Below, in pieces: positions 47,790-57,985 of a stretch of DNA of 64,000 bases. The stretch comes from a virus. Taxonomy: Duplodnaviria; Caudoviricetes. The notes below the pieces were generated by a model, which saw nothing but the letters and a program-made list of their open reading frames with translations, was not told the origin of the DNA and did not search any database. The stretch lies in the IMG/VR virus record IMGVR_UViG_2974673715_000001, positions 1 to 64,000 of that record; one strand, written 5' to 3'. The position numbers and the translations under genes were made by a program. Position 1 is the first letter of the stretch. Each line of letters opens with the position of its first letter.

Positions 47790-48588
47790 AAAGACATGAA
47801 CAAAACAACACCAAGAGAAAAAACCATTATCAAACTTATGGAAATGGTTATTGACACACTTAAGTATTGTGATGATCTTGATGACCCTGCATTTGCAATG
47901 TATGATGTCATGAGAGACGCAGTTGAAAAAGAAGTTCGCTATCCTATGGAGTTTTAACTAATGAATCAAAACGACAAGAACAAACTTGAAAAATTTGGTA
48001 TGACTCAAAATGAGTTGAATGAACTAAGATACCATTATGTTGACAGATATGTTGAAAATATGTCAACTAAGGATTTAGTCCAGTATGTCTTTGATGATTT
48101 GCTCAATTATGTTCATAATCAACCAGATGCAGAATTTGTTGATGAAGCACAAAACTATTGGGAAGATCACTATGATGATGTTGTTACTGACATCAAAGAG
48201 TATGCTAACAGCGATTTCAAAAAACCTTTAGAGGAGAGAAGAAACAATGACTAGATCAGAACTAGAAAACAAGATTATCAATTTCGTTTTAGAGAATAAT
48301 CTTGATGCTTCATTTGTGCAACAAACAGAGGGATTAACTTATGTTCGCTTCACAGTAGAAGAGGATTTTGAAGAATGATAAAAATTGAATTAACAAAAGG
48401 ACAATTTCAAGAAATCTATGATGCAGTTAGGGATTTACCTGACGAGATCAGAGAAGACTTAAAACTTGATGGGGAAGAACCTGATACAGCACATTTAGAT
48501 TTGTTTAGTGCAGTTGATGAACTTGCAAGAATTGATAAGAGACTCAACAAACAATTTAAGCAAGTAAAACTCAATTCGCCAGATTGGG

Positions 48589-48647
48589 AGTGACAGTTAA
48601 TTATGTGTCACACACTACCACGCATAGGTTACAAAATACCCTATAAT
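48589..48647 (+). promoter_or_regulatory. Palindrome-promoter element, copy 8
   Basis: AGTGACAGT-TAATTA-TGTGTCACA ... TATAAT. Confidence 0.8.
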
Positions 48648-49190
48648 AAGAATAAGCAAACAAAGAACAAAAAATGATTCCAGAAACATTGCCAGTTCAC
48701 ATGAGTGGAGATCAACTCTACAATATGGTAAAACTCTATGATCTACTCAGAGATATGAGTTTTGAACTCACACCCGAACAGATCGAAGTGTTCGAGAATA
48801 TTCAAGATGCAGAAGTCAACGGAGGATTTTTCTAATGAAATCATTTACATCAAAAGTTACGATCGTTTTTGATATTAATAATCATGAAGCGAACTCTAAA
48901 GAAGAGTATATCCAAAAGTTAAAAGATCAGTATGAAGAATGTTATGGCATTTACCTACACGATCATGAGATCACAATGATCGAAGAGGAAGAACCAATTA
49001 ATCTTTATCAGGGAGCATAATGGAAAGTTACTTAAACCTATTTGAGCATATCCCAGAGGACGAGCATTCACATATTTCTAACAAGATATGGGAAGCACTT
49101 GATCGGGCAGGGATTGAACTAAGTCAAGATGCAGAATTATCAATCCGCATTTATGATGATAACTATGAAGGAGAATATGATGGGGAAGAG

Positions 49191-49249
49191 TATGACAGTT
49201 AAACAAGTGTCACGTACGTTTACCATTCCACTCTATTATCCTTTATAAT
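49191..49249 (+). promoter_or_regulatory. Palindrome-promoter element, copy 9
   Basis: TATGACAGT-TAAACA-AGTGTCACG ... CCATT ... TATAAT. Confidence 0.8.
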
Positions 49250-49702
49250 AATAGTAATTAAACATTTTTTATTATGATACAGTATTTTATTGAAATCCCA
49301 AATACACCGATCAGAGAACCAGTGAGCGGTTTTTGCTATGACATTCTATATGATATGGCACAACAGTATGGTCATGCAGAATTAGTATGGTATGCTAATA
49401 ATGGCACTAGAATGATACAGGGCATTTATACAGATAAAGATTAATTAATTCATTCAAAGGAGATTTTTAAAATGGGTGCTAAATGTGACGTGTGTGCTAA
49501 TTTTGATGAGACTTATAGGCAAGAAATGGAATTCCCTAAAGATTCCGATCATTGCATTCAAGATTATCAACCCGATCTTTATTACTATTGGGATAGTCCA
49601 ATAGAAGAGGATTATAATTGGAGAGACGAATTTCCTCATGCTGATTGTATGTGCGAGATATGTTTTGATATAGCAAACTCAGAAAAGAAAATCAAATGGA
49701 AT

Positions 49703-49761
49703 TGTGCCAGTTGTTAAAGTGTCACATAGTTTCCCTATTCCTATACATTTACCTTTATAAT
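49703..49761 (+). promoter_or_regulatory. Palindrome-promoter element, copy 10
   Basis: TGTGCCAGT-TGTTAA-AGTGTCACA ... CCTATT ... TATAAT. Confidence 0.85.
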
Positions 49762-50333
49762 ATTAGTATATTCAACAAACATCATGCACAACTTCAAAGA
49801 ATTTCTAGACTATTGTGAATCATTCTACAACCCATCACACCCAGATGTTTTATATCCTATTGATGGGTTAACTCGTGAAGAGTTAGCACTTGCTACACTC
49901 ACATACCTAGACTTATGTGCATCATCTGATGGTCAAGTAAACTGGGGAGACGGAGATAGTTTAGATCGTGAGAGAGTCAGAGATTTTGTTTACGCAAGGA
50001 GGTCAGTAGCATGAGGAAATTTATAATTCTAGAGAGATTTGTAGGTTATAATGATATAACGATCGAAGCGAATACCGAAGAGGAAGCGATCGAACTTTAT
50101 AATCGTGGACATTTTCCCGATAGTGCGGTAGATCAAGATGATATGTTTTACGATTTTGAATTTAGAGATATACGTCCAGAATGATGGAAGAATTAACAGA
50201 AAAACAAAAGTTGCTCATTCACTTGAATGAAGTTAAAAACATATTGAACAATTGCACATCACTTGATGATGAGTTAATTGGAATATACCAGAATTTTAAC
50301 GCTATCACATACGAGGACATTTTTAAACCATTA

Positions 50334-50391
50334 ATGGACAGTTCAAATACTGTCACATAATTTGACCATTCACACTATTATGGACTATAAT
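50334..50391 (+). promoter_or_regulatory. Palindrome-promoter element, copy 11
   Basis: ATGGACAGT-TCAAAT-ACTGTCACA ... CCATT ... TATAAT. Confidence 0.8.
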
Positions 50392-50746
50392 AGTAGTATA
50401 AACAAAGAGGATTTATGAACAACACTTATCAATTCACTGATGCACAGATGAGAGTCATCAATGTAATGCTCACATATTTTGACGAGTTGGGAATCAATCC
50501 AAAATACAAAACCGATTTTGAAAGTCTTTATGACTATATTCAAACAGGCGGAGAACTATTTTTAGGAGAGTAAAATGTCAGTATCACATCACGAGAGCAT
50601 TCTCGAAACTTGCTATGATGAAGCATGGATAGACTACGCAAAAGAGCATGGTCTAACATACGATCAACTTACAACACTTGAGCAAAATTCTGACTACGGT
50701 ATTCTACCAGAGATCGAAGCAGAAGCAAGAAAAAGATTTGAGGACT

Positions 50747-50805
50747 TGTGCCAGTAGGAATACTGTCACATAGTTCCCCCATTCAACCCACCTATCCTTT
50801 ATAAT
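50747..50805 (+). promoter_or_regulatory. Palindrome-promoter element, copy 12
   Basis: TGTGCCAGT-AGGAAT-ACTGTCACA ... CCCATT ... TATAAT. Confidence 0.85.
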
Positions 50806-51288
50806 AAGAGTAACAACAAACAAATCTATGAGAATGACTAAAAAGCAAGCAGTTCAGCAATTTAGATGGGATTGGTCAGACTTCCTAAAATCTAACCCTA
50901 GTTGGAGGGGAGACAAAATTGCAAAGAGGTGTGCTTTTAATGATTTTGTTGATGCTCTCAACAAAGATGGTCTAGTTACAGATTATCAAGCATATAACTG
51001 GTCAAACCCATTCTAAGGAGATTTTTAAAAATGACAACTATCGAACTTTTAGAAGAGTCACTCAAGCAGTTAAAGATTATTCAACTTGAAAATCTGAAGA
51101 GAGAACCGAACCACCCCAGAAACAAATTTGACTATACTGTTGTAGTTCCCGATACTGATCTAGGTTATCATGAACACTATACAATGGATTTAGAAGTTGC
51201 CAAAAAAAGTGCAATCGAGTGGGCAAGAGACTACGGTCGGGCATCTGTAGAAGATCGTAACCTAAAAACAGTATTCGCAGTGCGGTAG

Positions 51289-51347
51289 TGTGACAGTACG
51301 ATTAGTGGCACATGGTAACCCCATTGTCACTAGTTTACCTTTATAAT
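51289..51347 (+). promoter_or_regulatory. Palindrome-promoter element, copy 13
   Basis: TGTGACAGT-ACGATT-AGTGGCACA ... CCCATT ... TATAAT. Confidence 0.85.
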
Positions 51348-52046
51348 AATAGTATAAGAAACAAACTTCTAAAAAACATGACAATCTCAGAATACAAAAA
51401 ACTTCTAAAAAACGACACTCTTATGATCGGTCTTGATGTATCTGAAGAGAAAACAAACAGAGTCATCAACAGAATTCTCGAAGTTGACAACTTTCAAAAT
51501 GTTGCTTGCTATTGTGCAGACTTCTCAGAATTTGTAGAAGAGTTGGCAGAGTGGGGTGTTGATGGGTGTGCTAAGGTCGATTTTGATGACCCTGATCTAG
51601 ACATTGCTAAACTAGACAGATTTATCAAATCTGAAAACGGATACATTAGGGGAGAGTAATGGAACTAACCCCTAAACAACTTGAGTATGTCCTCGAATGT
51701 CTCAATTTTCATTATGCAGAGAATGAGCATATTAAAAAGGACATTATCGAACTTAACGCTAGTATATGCAGACTAGTAGCAAACCAATTACAGGAGATTT
51801 ACAAAAATGACTAGAGCAGAATACGAGTTAGTTTTTCAAGCATTTAAAAACTATCGTCTTTATATGACAGATGAGCAAGAGGTCTTAAGCGAGAAAATTC
51901 TAGACGATCTTTTTTATCCCGAATTCGATAAACTTAAGGGAATCGAAGAGACCGCAGGAGATTTACCAGTTTTAGAAATTCCCGAAGATCTCGAAGAGAC
52001 CCCATCAGAAATTAAATCACTTAATTTTCGATAAGTCAACGTACCT

Positions 52047-52105
52047 TGTGACACTTTGATTAGTGGCACAGGGTTTCCCCATTTGTGGATCGCCCGCCCT
52101 ATAAT
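52047..52105 (+). promoter_or_regulatory. Palindrome-promoter element, copy 14
   Basis: TGTGACACT-TTGATT-AGTGGCACA ... CCCATT ... TATAAT. Confidence 0.85.
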
Positions 52106-53333
52106 TATAGTATAACAAACAAAGAAACCTTTTTATTATGAGAAAAGTCGAAGCAACAATGAACTCAATGATTCGCAACGGTGTAGCATGGTCAGATGGT
52201 AATACTTGCACTACTTACGATAATGATGGAAATTGCCTAGTTTACCTACATGGCAATCATATCGCAACTGTAGGCGATTCATTCATGGCAATCTTTGACG
52301 GTGGTTATCAATCAAACACCACTAAGAGCAGACTCAACGCATTGCTACAAGAATTCAGACCACACACAAAAGTGTTCGCTAAAAACTTTCAATGGTTCAT
52401 TAAAGCACATAATTCAGTAGTTCCATTTATCTCAGGGAGTCTAGTATAATGACAGTATTGAATGAGTATGAAAAAATGTTCAATACCGTCTTATCTCTAC
52501 ACTTTGGGAGAACATTCTGGATAGATGACGAAAATAACCTATGTTCAGCACCAACTTATAAAGATGGTTCTACACATTGGGAACAATGGGATTATGTTAG
52601 TGAGTGGACAGACTTAGAAGGTATCAACCTCGATAAATTACTTGATGTTCATAAAACTTGCCTAGAATATAAAAACTATGGTGCGGAGGATTTTACCTAG
52701 TGCATCATGTTCTTTATGAGTGGTCGGAATTAGTTGAAATTGATAAGCACGTTACCCAATTAGAAAAGGGAATCGAAGCAATCAATCAAGCGATTAAATC
52801 ATGTAACCTAACAGAGAACAAAGATTATACAGAACCACTATATAGAGTTAGATCGGAATTGAATAAACAACTCAATGACATTCTAGCACAATTCCCAGAT
52901 TATTCAAAACAATGCAAATAGGGGATATAATCACATTTAAAGGAGTGAAGGGTTTTATCACTTTTAAATGTAAGGATTATATTACCTATTGCATTCACCA
53001 GTATAAAAAAACAGATGAAGAAAGAAAACACGCCCGAAGAGAATACACACAGGTCAATGTTCTCATCTACCGACATGAGTGGGGTATCATTAAAACAACA
53101 GTTGAAGTATGTAAGGATAACGACAAGAGAATTGACGTTAATGTTATGGGATAGTTATCGGAATTATTGGATAAAACAGCGAAGAGACAGAAATGCGGAA
53201 AATAAATAAATATTGAAATAAATCTAAGTGTGTGTTTTATCTCTCGGTAAACCTCTCAGAGTAATGCACCCTTAGCACGCATCTCAACAGTTGTCAAGTC
53301 ATTCGAGGATATGCACACATTTCCAGATAGGGC

Positions 53334-53363
53334 TTGACATTATTGGGAGTTATGCCTTATAAT
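53334..53363 (+). promoter_or_regulatory. Sigma70-like promoter
   Basis: TTGACA-18-TATAAT. Confidence 0.7.
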
Positions 53364-53617
53364 AACACTGTAAGGGTTTAAGAAAACAACTGTATGCTTT
53401 CAACTAAGTCTAAAATGATCTACTCACTCTATAACGAAGAGCATGAATTACTAGGACAGTTCTCTAGTATATACGCAATGCAGATTTATGTTCATGATCT
53501 CAGAGTTGAGAGAGACGAATGGAGGGTACGGAAGAACCAGGATATAAGCGTATTTGATTATATCAAATCAATCGGTTATACTTGGGATTGTGTCCCTAGT
53601 TCTCAGGTAGGAGAGAG

Positions 53618-53646
53618 TTGACAATGTAATTACCCTATGCTATAAT
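53618..53646 (+). promoter_or_regulatory. Consensus sigma70-like promoter followed by about 180 nt without a substantial ORF
   Basis: TTGACA-17-TATAAT with TG extension. Confidence 0.8.
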
Positions 53647-53834
53647 ATGAGTAAATCGGAGGTTATCCAAATGTAACACTGAGAACAGTTACTGATTATT
53701 AAGAAGGCAGTCTTATAAGCCCCCTTAATGTTAAAATCGGCCACTACCCTAACCTACAAAGGTTCCCCAGAGCACTTGATATATTATTCATAATTTCATT
53801 TACATTAGTATTAAAAAAATTTTGGAGAATAAAA

Positions 53835-54071
53835 ATGCCCCTAGAGGACGATCTAAAAACAAACAAAGAATTTAGTGGTAGACAAGAGCGAAGAGTATGG
53901 GCGATTGAACAACTAATCAGACTGGAAGGGTGTTTAGATAACAGAATGTATGAATGTGCAGATCATGCTGCTTCTATCTACAATGTAAAGAATAAGGATT
54001 CACTATATACACTATGGACGGATTGGAAAAGGAATCATCCCACTACATATCCACCTAATAACAGACTATAG
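53835..54071 (+). CDS. Conserved cyanophage hypothetical protein
   Basis: LD.RMYECAD motif; GGAG RBS. Confidence 0.6.
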   Translation: MPLEDDLKTNKEFSGRQERRVWAIEQLIRLEGCLDNRMYECADHAASIYNVKNKDSLYTLWTDWKRNHPTTYPPNNRL

Positions 54072-54081
54072 ATGAAGAATT

Positions 54082-54249
54082 ATGTCCCACAGATTTACAC
54101 AAATACTAGAGGAAGATGACTACGGAGACTTACTACTCACTATCCCCTATGAATTGTGTCAAGAGATGGGTTGGAACGGAGGAACTGAACTACAGTATGA
54201 ACTCAATGATGATGGAACAGGTTTTATTTTAAAGAAAGTGAATGACTGA
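54082..54249 (+). CDS. AbrB/MazE/SpoVT-like small DNA-binding protein (55 aa, not in ORF track)
   Basis: EEDDYGDLLLTIPYELCQEMGWNGGTELQYELNDDGTGFILKK fits the swapped-hairpin pattern. Confidence 0.65.
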   Translation: MSHRFTQILEEDDYGDLLLTIPYELCQEMGWNGGTELQYELNDDGTGFILKKVND

Positions 54250-54466
54250 AAAAGATCAAGAAGAAATTTCTACAGCATTAAATGCTATTAATGAATGTTT
54301 ACTTGCTCTCAATACACGATTAGAGGCATTAGAGAAGCATGTTTCCGAACTACCAACCCCAGACAAAACATATTACAAACCAGAAGGTGAAGAAGACTAC
54401 CTAAATATCAAAGGTAACTATGACCTGATATATAAACGTCTTAAGAAACTAGAACATGGGATGTAA
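54242..54466 (+). CDS. Coiled-coil hypothetical protein
   Basis: Heptad pattern; YYKP..E.Y motif. Confidence 0.6.
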   Translation: MTEKDQEEISTALNAINECLLALNTRLEALEKHVSELPTPDKTYYKPEGEEDYLNIKGNYDLIYKRLKKLEHGM

Positions 54467-57095
54467 AATCACTGCTAGAGGACAGAACCCTATCTGTAAC
54501 TCTAATTCCCTTAACGATAATCACTGTTATGCGTACGATCCTGAGGCAACAGGGCAAGTATCGATCACTTACAGTGAATATCCTACTGCAACGATTCGAG
54601 ATAATACCCAATATTACATACCTGCAAGAGAACATAACTTCGTCATGTATAATGCTTCCGAAGTATGTCGTAACACTGGTCAATCATATTTTCAAACAGC
54701 AGGTGCATGTGGTAAGATATTTAAGGATCATAATTGTGTCAATAATAAAACTTGTCGATTAACCTTTGATTATACTCCTTCAGAACTTTCTTTTGACTTT
54801 GCTTACTCAGATGTATGGTTCTCATACTTATATGATACGTCTGTTAAAGCGGGTCATGTAGGAACTCCTGCGTATTATATTGAAGATGAGATCAAAACTA
54901 CGAGTGGAGGGTCTGGTTCTGGGTATGGTGGTGATAATCAAACCACTTCATCTAATTGTTTCCCTTGCACGAGTCAATTTACTTGCACCGCAGCGACCAC
55001 AGACATTAAGTATACCGCTCCCACAGATTATACGGGCGACCCCGACTGCCCTCACCCCACTCTATTCGGGTTTGGAACCACATCTAACAAGATCGCTTTC
55101 AAGTATGATGCGCTATCCACACAGATACCAAATGGGGCGGTGGACTTTGAGGTGGCAGAAATGGGTTCATCTACCTTTACTGATATATGGAATGAGAACC
55201 AACTACAAGGTACGCCATTCCTTTCCACTGCAAATAATAACTGGGTAGTTGATGGTGAAGCAGGTTTCGAGGATTTTGAGATATATGACCTAAATGGAGC
55301 ACAGATGACCTCTGGTTCTCCTAACTATAACAATAATGCAACTACAGGACTTAGGTTAAAGTTTCGTATTGAACCTAATCTTCTTGATAATGGCACCATT
55401 AACGGAACTAATTGGGAACTAGCGGAGGTTATGAGCAATGGATCAGGATATTCAGTAGGTGATACATTCGAGATATCCTATGCACATACTCATACTAACG
55501 GAAGCACAACTACATTTCAATTACAAGTTAGGGTAAAAACTGTAGGACAAATCAATTCAATAGGTAGTTCATCAGGTTTTGACCTACTGAGAGCGAATGA
55601 TACTGTCAATGGACATACCATTACCCGCGTTTTCCACACAGATCAAGAAAATTTCGAGTATCATGTCGCATACTTAGACGGAAACGGTAATAATTTTGCA
55701 AAAGATACTCAATATACATCAAATAGGGCGCACCAAATCACCACAATAGCAGGAAAAGGCATTCCCGACCGCGCAATCTTGATTGGAAAGTATGAATTTA
55801 TCGATAAATCTATGCAATTTGTCACCGCAGACGTAGATTTGGACGCACCAGACATTTATAACTCCATAAAACAACCAGATATAACACTTACAATCACAAA
55901 TGGGCGCGTAACAGGCACTACAATTGTCGATGGAGGGACTGGTTGGAACCAATTGAAGGAAGAACCTGACCTTGTTGTCACTGCACCACTCATTGAGAGT
56001 GGAAAAAACGCGGAATTGAAGGGTACGTTCTCTAATGGAGTGCTCACAGCGGTAGAAATTACAAATGCAGGTAGCGGATATGACGCAGATAATGCTCCAA
56101 AGGCATGGATTCGCAATATTTACAAGGAAGTTACCTCAACTCAAGAGAATTTTCCCGATGATGACTATACTCCCAACACTTCTAAGCAACAAGTTATCCA
56201 AATTTTGAATAATTTACCTAAAGCGGGGGTAGTTCCAGTCGATGTAGACTCATTTGCGACTGATCAACCCGAAACTTACCAAAGTTTGATTCAATTAGGT
56301 CTTACTGATAGTGAAATTAGAGCAGTTCTTACTGAAAATGAGGTAAAACGTTTACAAATTGACCCTTCTACGTCTCCAAAAGTGACACAAACCGAATTTG
56401 CGTCTCTAGATGCGATTTTTGACATTGAAGAAAGGCAAACTTTTACTGAAAAAACAACTCATATCAATATTAAGTCAGATCCTGACCGTAGAAGAGTTCA
56501 AAAACTAGGACAAAGAGGGTATTCCGCTAGTTCTTTGGATACTCTTCGTGATGCTACACAAAATGATCAGTATAGTTTGAACTTTTTGAACGATTCTGAA
56601 CTTCCCGACAAGGTAAAAACGTTTTTGAAAGATGATAAAGAGCAAAGACTTGCAAATAGAGATGCGGTTCTTGATGAAATGACACAAAAAGTGATTCCTG
56701 AGTATACAAACTATAAAGAAAACTTAGTTGAGACTGTTCAAGGTCCGTTAGTCAATCTTCCTGAGGCATCCACGGGGACTAAATATATGATGACACAGTT
56801 TCGTGCGGATCCTACGTCAAAAGTGAACTTAAATGTTACACTTTCTATGACACCAGTAAATTCGGGTAATTCACATTTTACTTGTAACCCTCCTACACCT
56901 TCAACAGGTGGAACAGTTACAGGCGGAAATGGTGAAACTATTGTAACTTCTTATCAAATGTCTAGTTTACTCGGACCTGGTTGTCAAGCGTGGAGTTGTA
57001 GCGGAACATTATCTGTTTACCATGAACTTGGTCGAGCAGGTGATAATGCTGCCCGCGCAGGTGCAGCGTACGGAAATCCTTTCACAATAACCTAA
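54456..57095 (+). CDS. Large virion structural protein
   Basis: GSGYSVGD, I.DGG.GW, I.NAGSGY repeats typical of cyanophage baseplate proteins; Cys-rich ends. Confidence 0.65.
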   Translation: MGCKITARGQNPICNSNSLNDNHCYAYDPEATGQVSITYSEYPTATIRDNTQYYIPAREHNFVMYNASEVCRNTGQSYFQTAGACGKIFKDHNCVNNKTCRLTFDYTPSELSFDFAYSDVWFSYLYDTSVKAGHVGTPAYYIEDEIKTTSGGSGSGYGGDNQTTSSNCFPCTSQFTCTAATTDIKYTAPTDYTGDPDCPHPTLFGFGTTSNKIAFKYDALSTQIPNGAVDFEVAEMGSSTFTDIWNENQLQGTPFLSTANNNWVVDGEAGFEDFEIYDLNGAQMTSGSPNYNNNATTGLRLKFRIEPNLLDNGTINGTNWELAEVMSNGSGYSVGDTFEISYAHTHTNGSTTTFQLQVRVKTVGQINSIGSSSGFDLLRANDTVNGHTITRVFHTDQENFEYHVAYLDGNGNNFAKDTQYTSNRAHQITTIAGKGIPDRAILIGKYEFIDKSMQFVTADVDLDAPDIYNSIKQPDITLTITNGRVTGTTIVDGGTGWNQLKEEPDLVVTAPLIESGKNAELKGTFSNGVLTAVEITNAGSGYDADNAPKAWIRNIYKEVTSTQENFPDDDYTPNTSKQQVIQILNNLPKAGVVPVDVDSFATDQPETYQSLIQLGLTDSEIRAVLTENEVKRLQIDPSTSPKVTQTEFASLDAIFDIEERQTFTEKTTHINIKSDPDRRRVQKLGQRGYSASSLDTLRDATQNDQYSLNFLNDSELPDKVKTFLKDDKEQRLANRDAVLDEMTQKVIPEYTNYKENLVETVQGPLVNLPEASTGTKYMMTQFRADPTSKVNLNVTLSMTPVNSGNSHFTCNPPTPSTGGTVTGGNGETIVTSYQMSSLLGPGCQAWSCSGTLSVYHELGRAGDNAARAGAAYGNPFTIT

Positions 57096-57676
57096 TGGCA
57101 TTCATTCCAACAGCATCAGGAGCACTTGGTTGTGCATTATTCATGGGAACATGTACTGGACACGGAGCGGGAACAGGATCATCACATCATCCTGGTCTTG
57201 GTGGAGGAGTATTAAAAGGTTCTCCTTGTCCACACGCACCTCTTGATCCAAGAGTTTCTCCCAGACCAGTAGATGCGATGGATGCTACAACCATATGGCC
57301 TCCGCATCCGCAATTACCTTTTGCTGCATTAGTGCGGAATGTGATTGTTAATGGTATAATGCCTATTATCGATTTCGATCTTCTCATTACTCACCCTACT
57401 CCAACCTCTCATACTCATACAGTTGTTAAACCGCTTCCAAATGGTGTATGTGTTCATACTACATCTTCTCCTGCGTGGCACTGTACGGTAGGAACTGCGG
57501 GTGGTAGAGAAGCAGCACCAGGTCATGCTAGAAAATTACTCGCTACTAGTAAGACCGTATTCATCAATGGTCGTCGAGCAGGAAGGTTTGGTGATCCTCT
57601 AGGTGATGGTACCGTAGCGTTTCCGTGTAACTCGCGTGTTGCGGGTTGCAGTCCAAATGTATTCATAGGAGCTTAA
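57095..57676 (+). CDS. PAAR-domain spike tip (gp5.4-like), extended
   Basis: CTGHG, S.TVFINGR.AGR.GD, C...VA..S.NVFIG. Confidence 0.8.
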   Translation: MAFIPTASGALGCALFMGTCTGHGAGTGSSHHPGLGGGVLKGSPCPHAPLDPRVSPRPVDAMDATTIWPPHPQLPFAALVRNVIVNGIMPIIDFDLLITHPTPTSHTHTVVKPLPNGVCVHTTSSPAWHCTVGTAGGREAAPGHARKLLATSKTVFINGRRAGRFGDPLGDGTVAFPCNSRVAGCSPNVFIGA

Positions 57677-57678
57677 TT

Positions 57679-57816
57679 ATGGCAATGAGATTTCACTTGG
57701 GTAACACCATTGAGACAACCCCAAAGAAAACAAGACAAGGTAGAGGACAGCATACTAAGTATAGTGCTACCTCTCGTAACAAAGCAAAAAAGAGGTATCG
57801 TGGCCAAGGCAAATAG
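57679..57816 (+). CDS. Small basic conserved cyanophage protein (45 aa, not in ORF track)
   Basis: PKKTRQGRGQHTKYSATSRNKAKKRYRGQGK*; AGGAG RBS. Confidence 0.7.
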   Translation: MAMRFHLGNTIETTPKKTRQGRGQHTKYSATSRNKAKKRYRGQGK

Positions 57817-57985
57817 AATTGTAGACGGTAAACGTAATGCAAACATTCCTGTAGACATGTCAGATCATTTTTATGATCATGGAAATGAATATTGTCGTTA
57901 TTTAATTACTGATCCACGTTCTGATAGATCAATTAGGAAAAAATCTGAAAAAGACGCTAAATAATACTGGCACTTCTCGTATTAG

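Larger units (their letters stand above)
46773..53621 (+). other. Early-gene region: dense run of small (about 40-115 aa) co-oriented hypothetical ORFs in promoter-headed units
   Basis: ORF-track entries such as 46773, 47961, 48375, 48835, 49020, 49472, 49784, 50575, 50828, 51031, 51807, 52138, 52449, 52700, 52912, 53394 plus many <60-aa ORFs with ATGA/TAATG coupling and AGGAG RBS. Confidence 0.8.

Noticed and set aside
41522-49214. GTTRRRY integron core sites in some palindromes (GTTAAGT at 41529, GTTAAAC at 49198)
   Set aside because: Present in only a minority of copies; no attC-type long hairpin and no integrase seen
51312-51377. ORF-track start at 51312
   Set aside because: Lies within palindrome-promoter copy 13; real start is probably the downstream MTISEY ATG
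46283-52105. Repeated palindromes as a CRISPR array
   Set aside because: Repeats are degenerate, 400-900 nt apart and separated by ORFs; no cas genes in the window
53270-53298. Minus-strand promoter (TTGACA on the reverse strand)
   Set aside because: The matching -10 (TAAGGG) is poor and there is no supported minus-strand gene downstream
57710-57964. 84-aa ORF as given
   Set aside because: Its 5' half overlaps the better-supported basic ORF 57679-57816; only the 3' part may be coding
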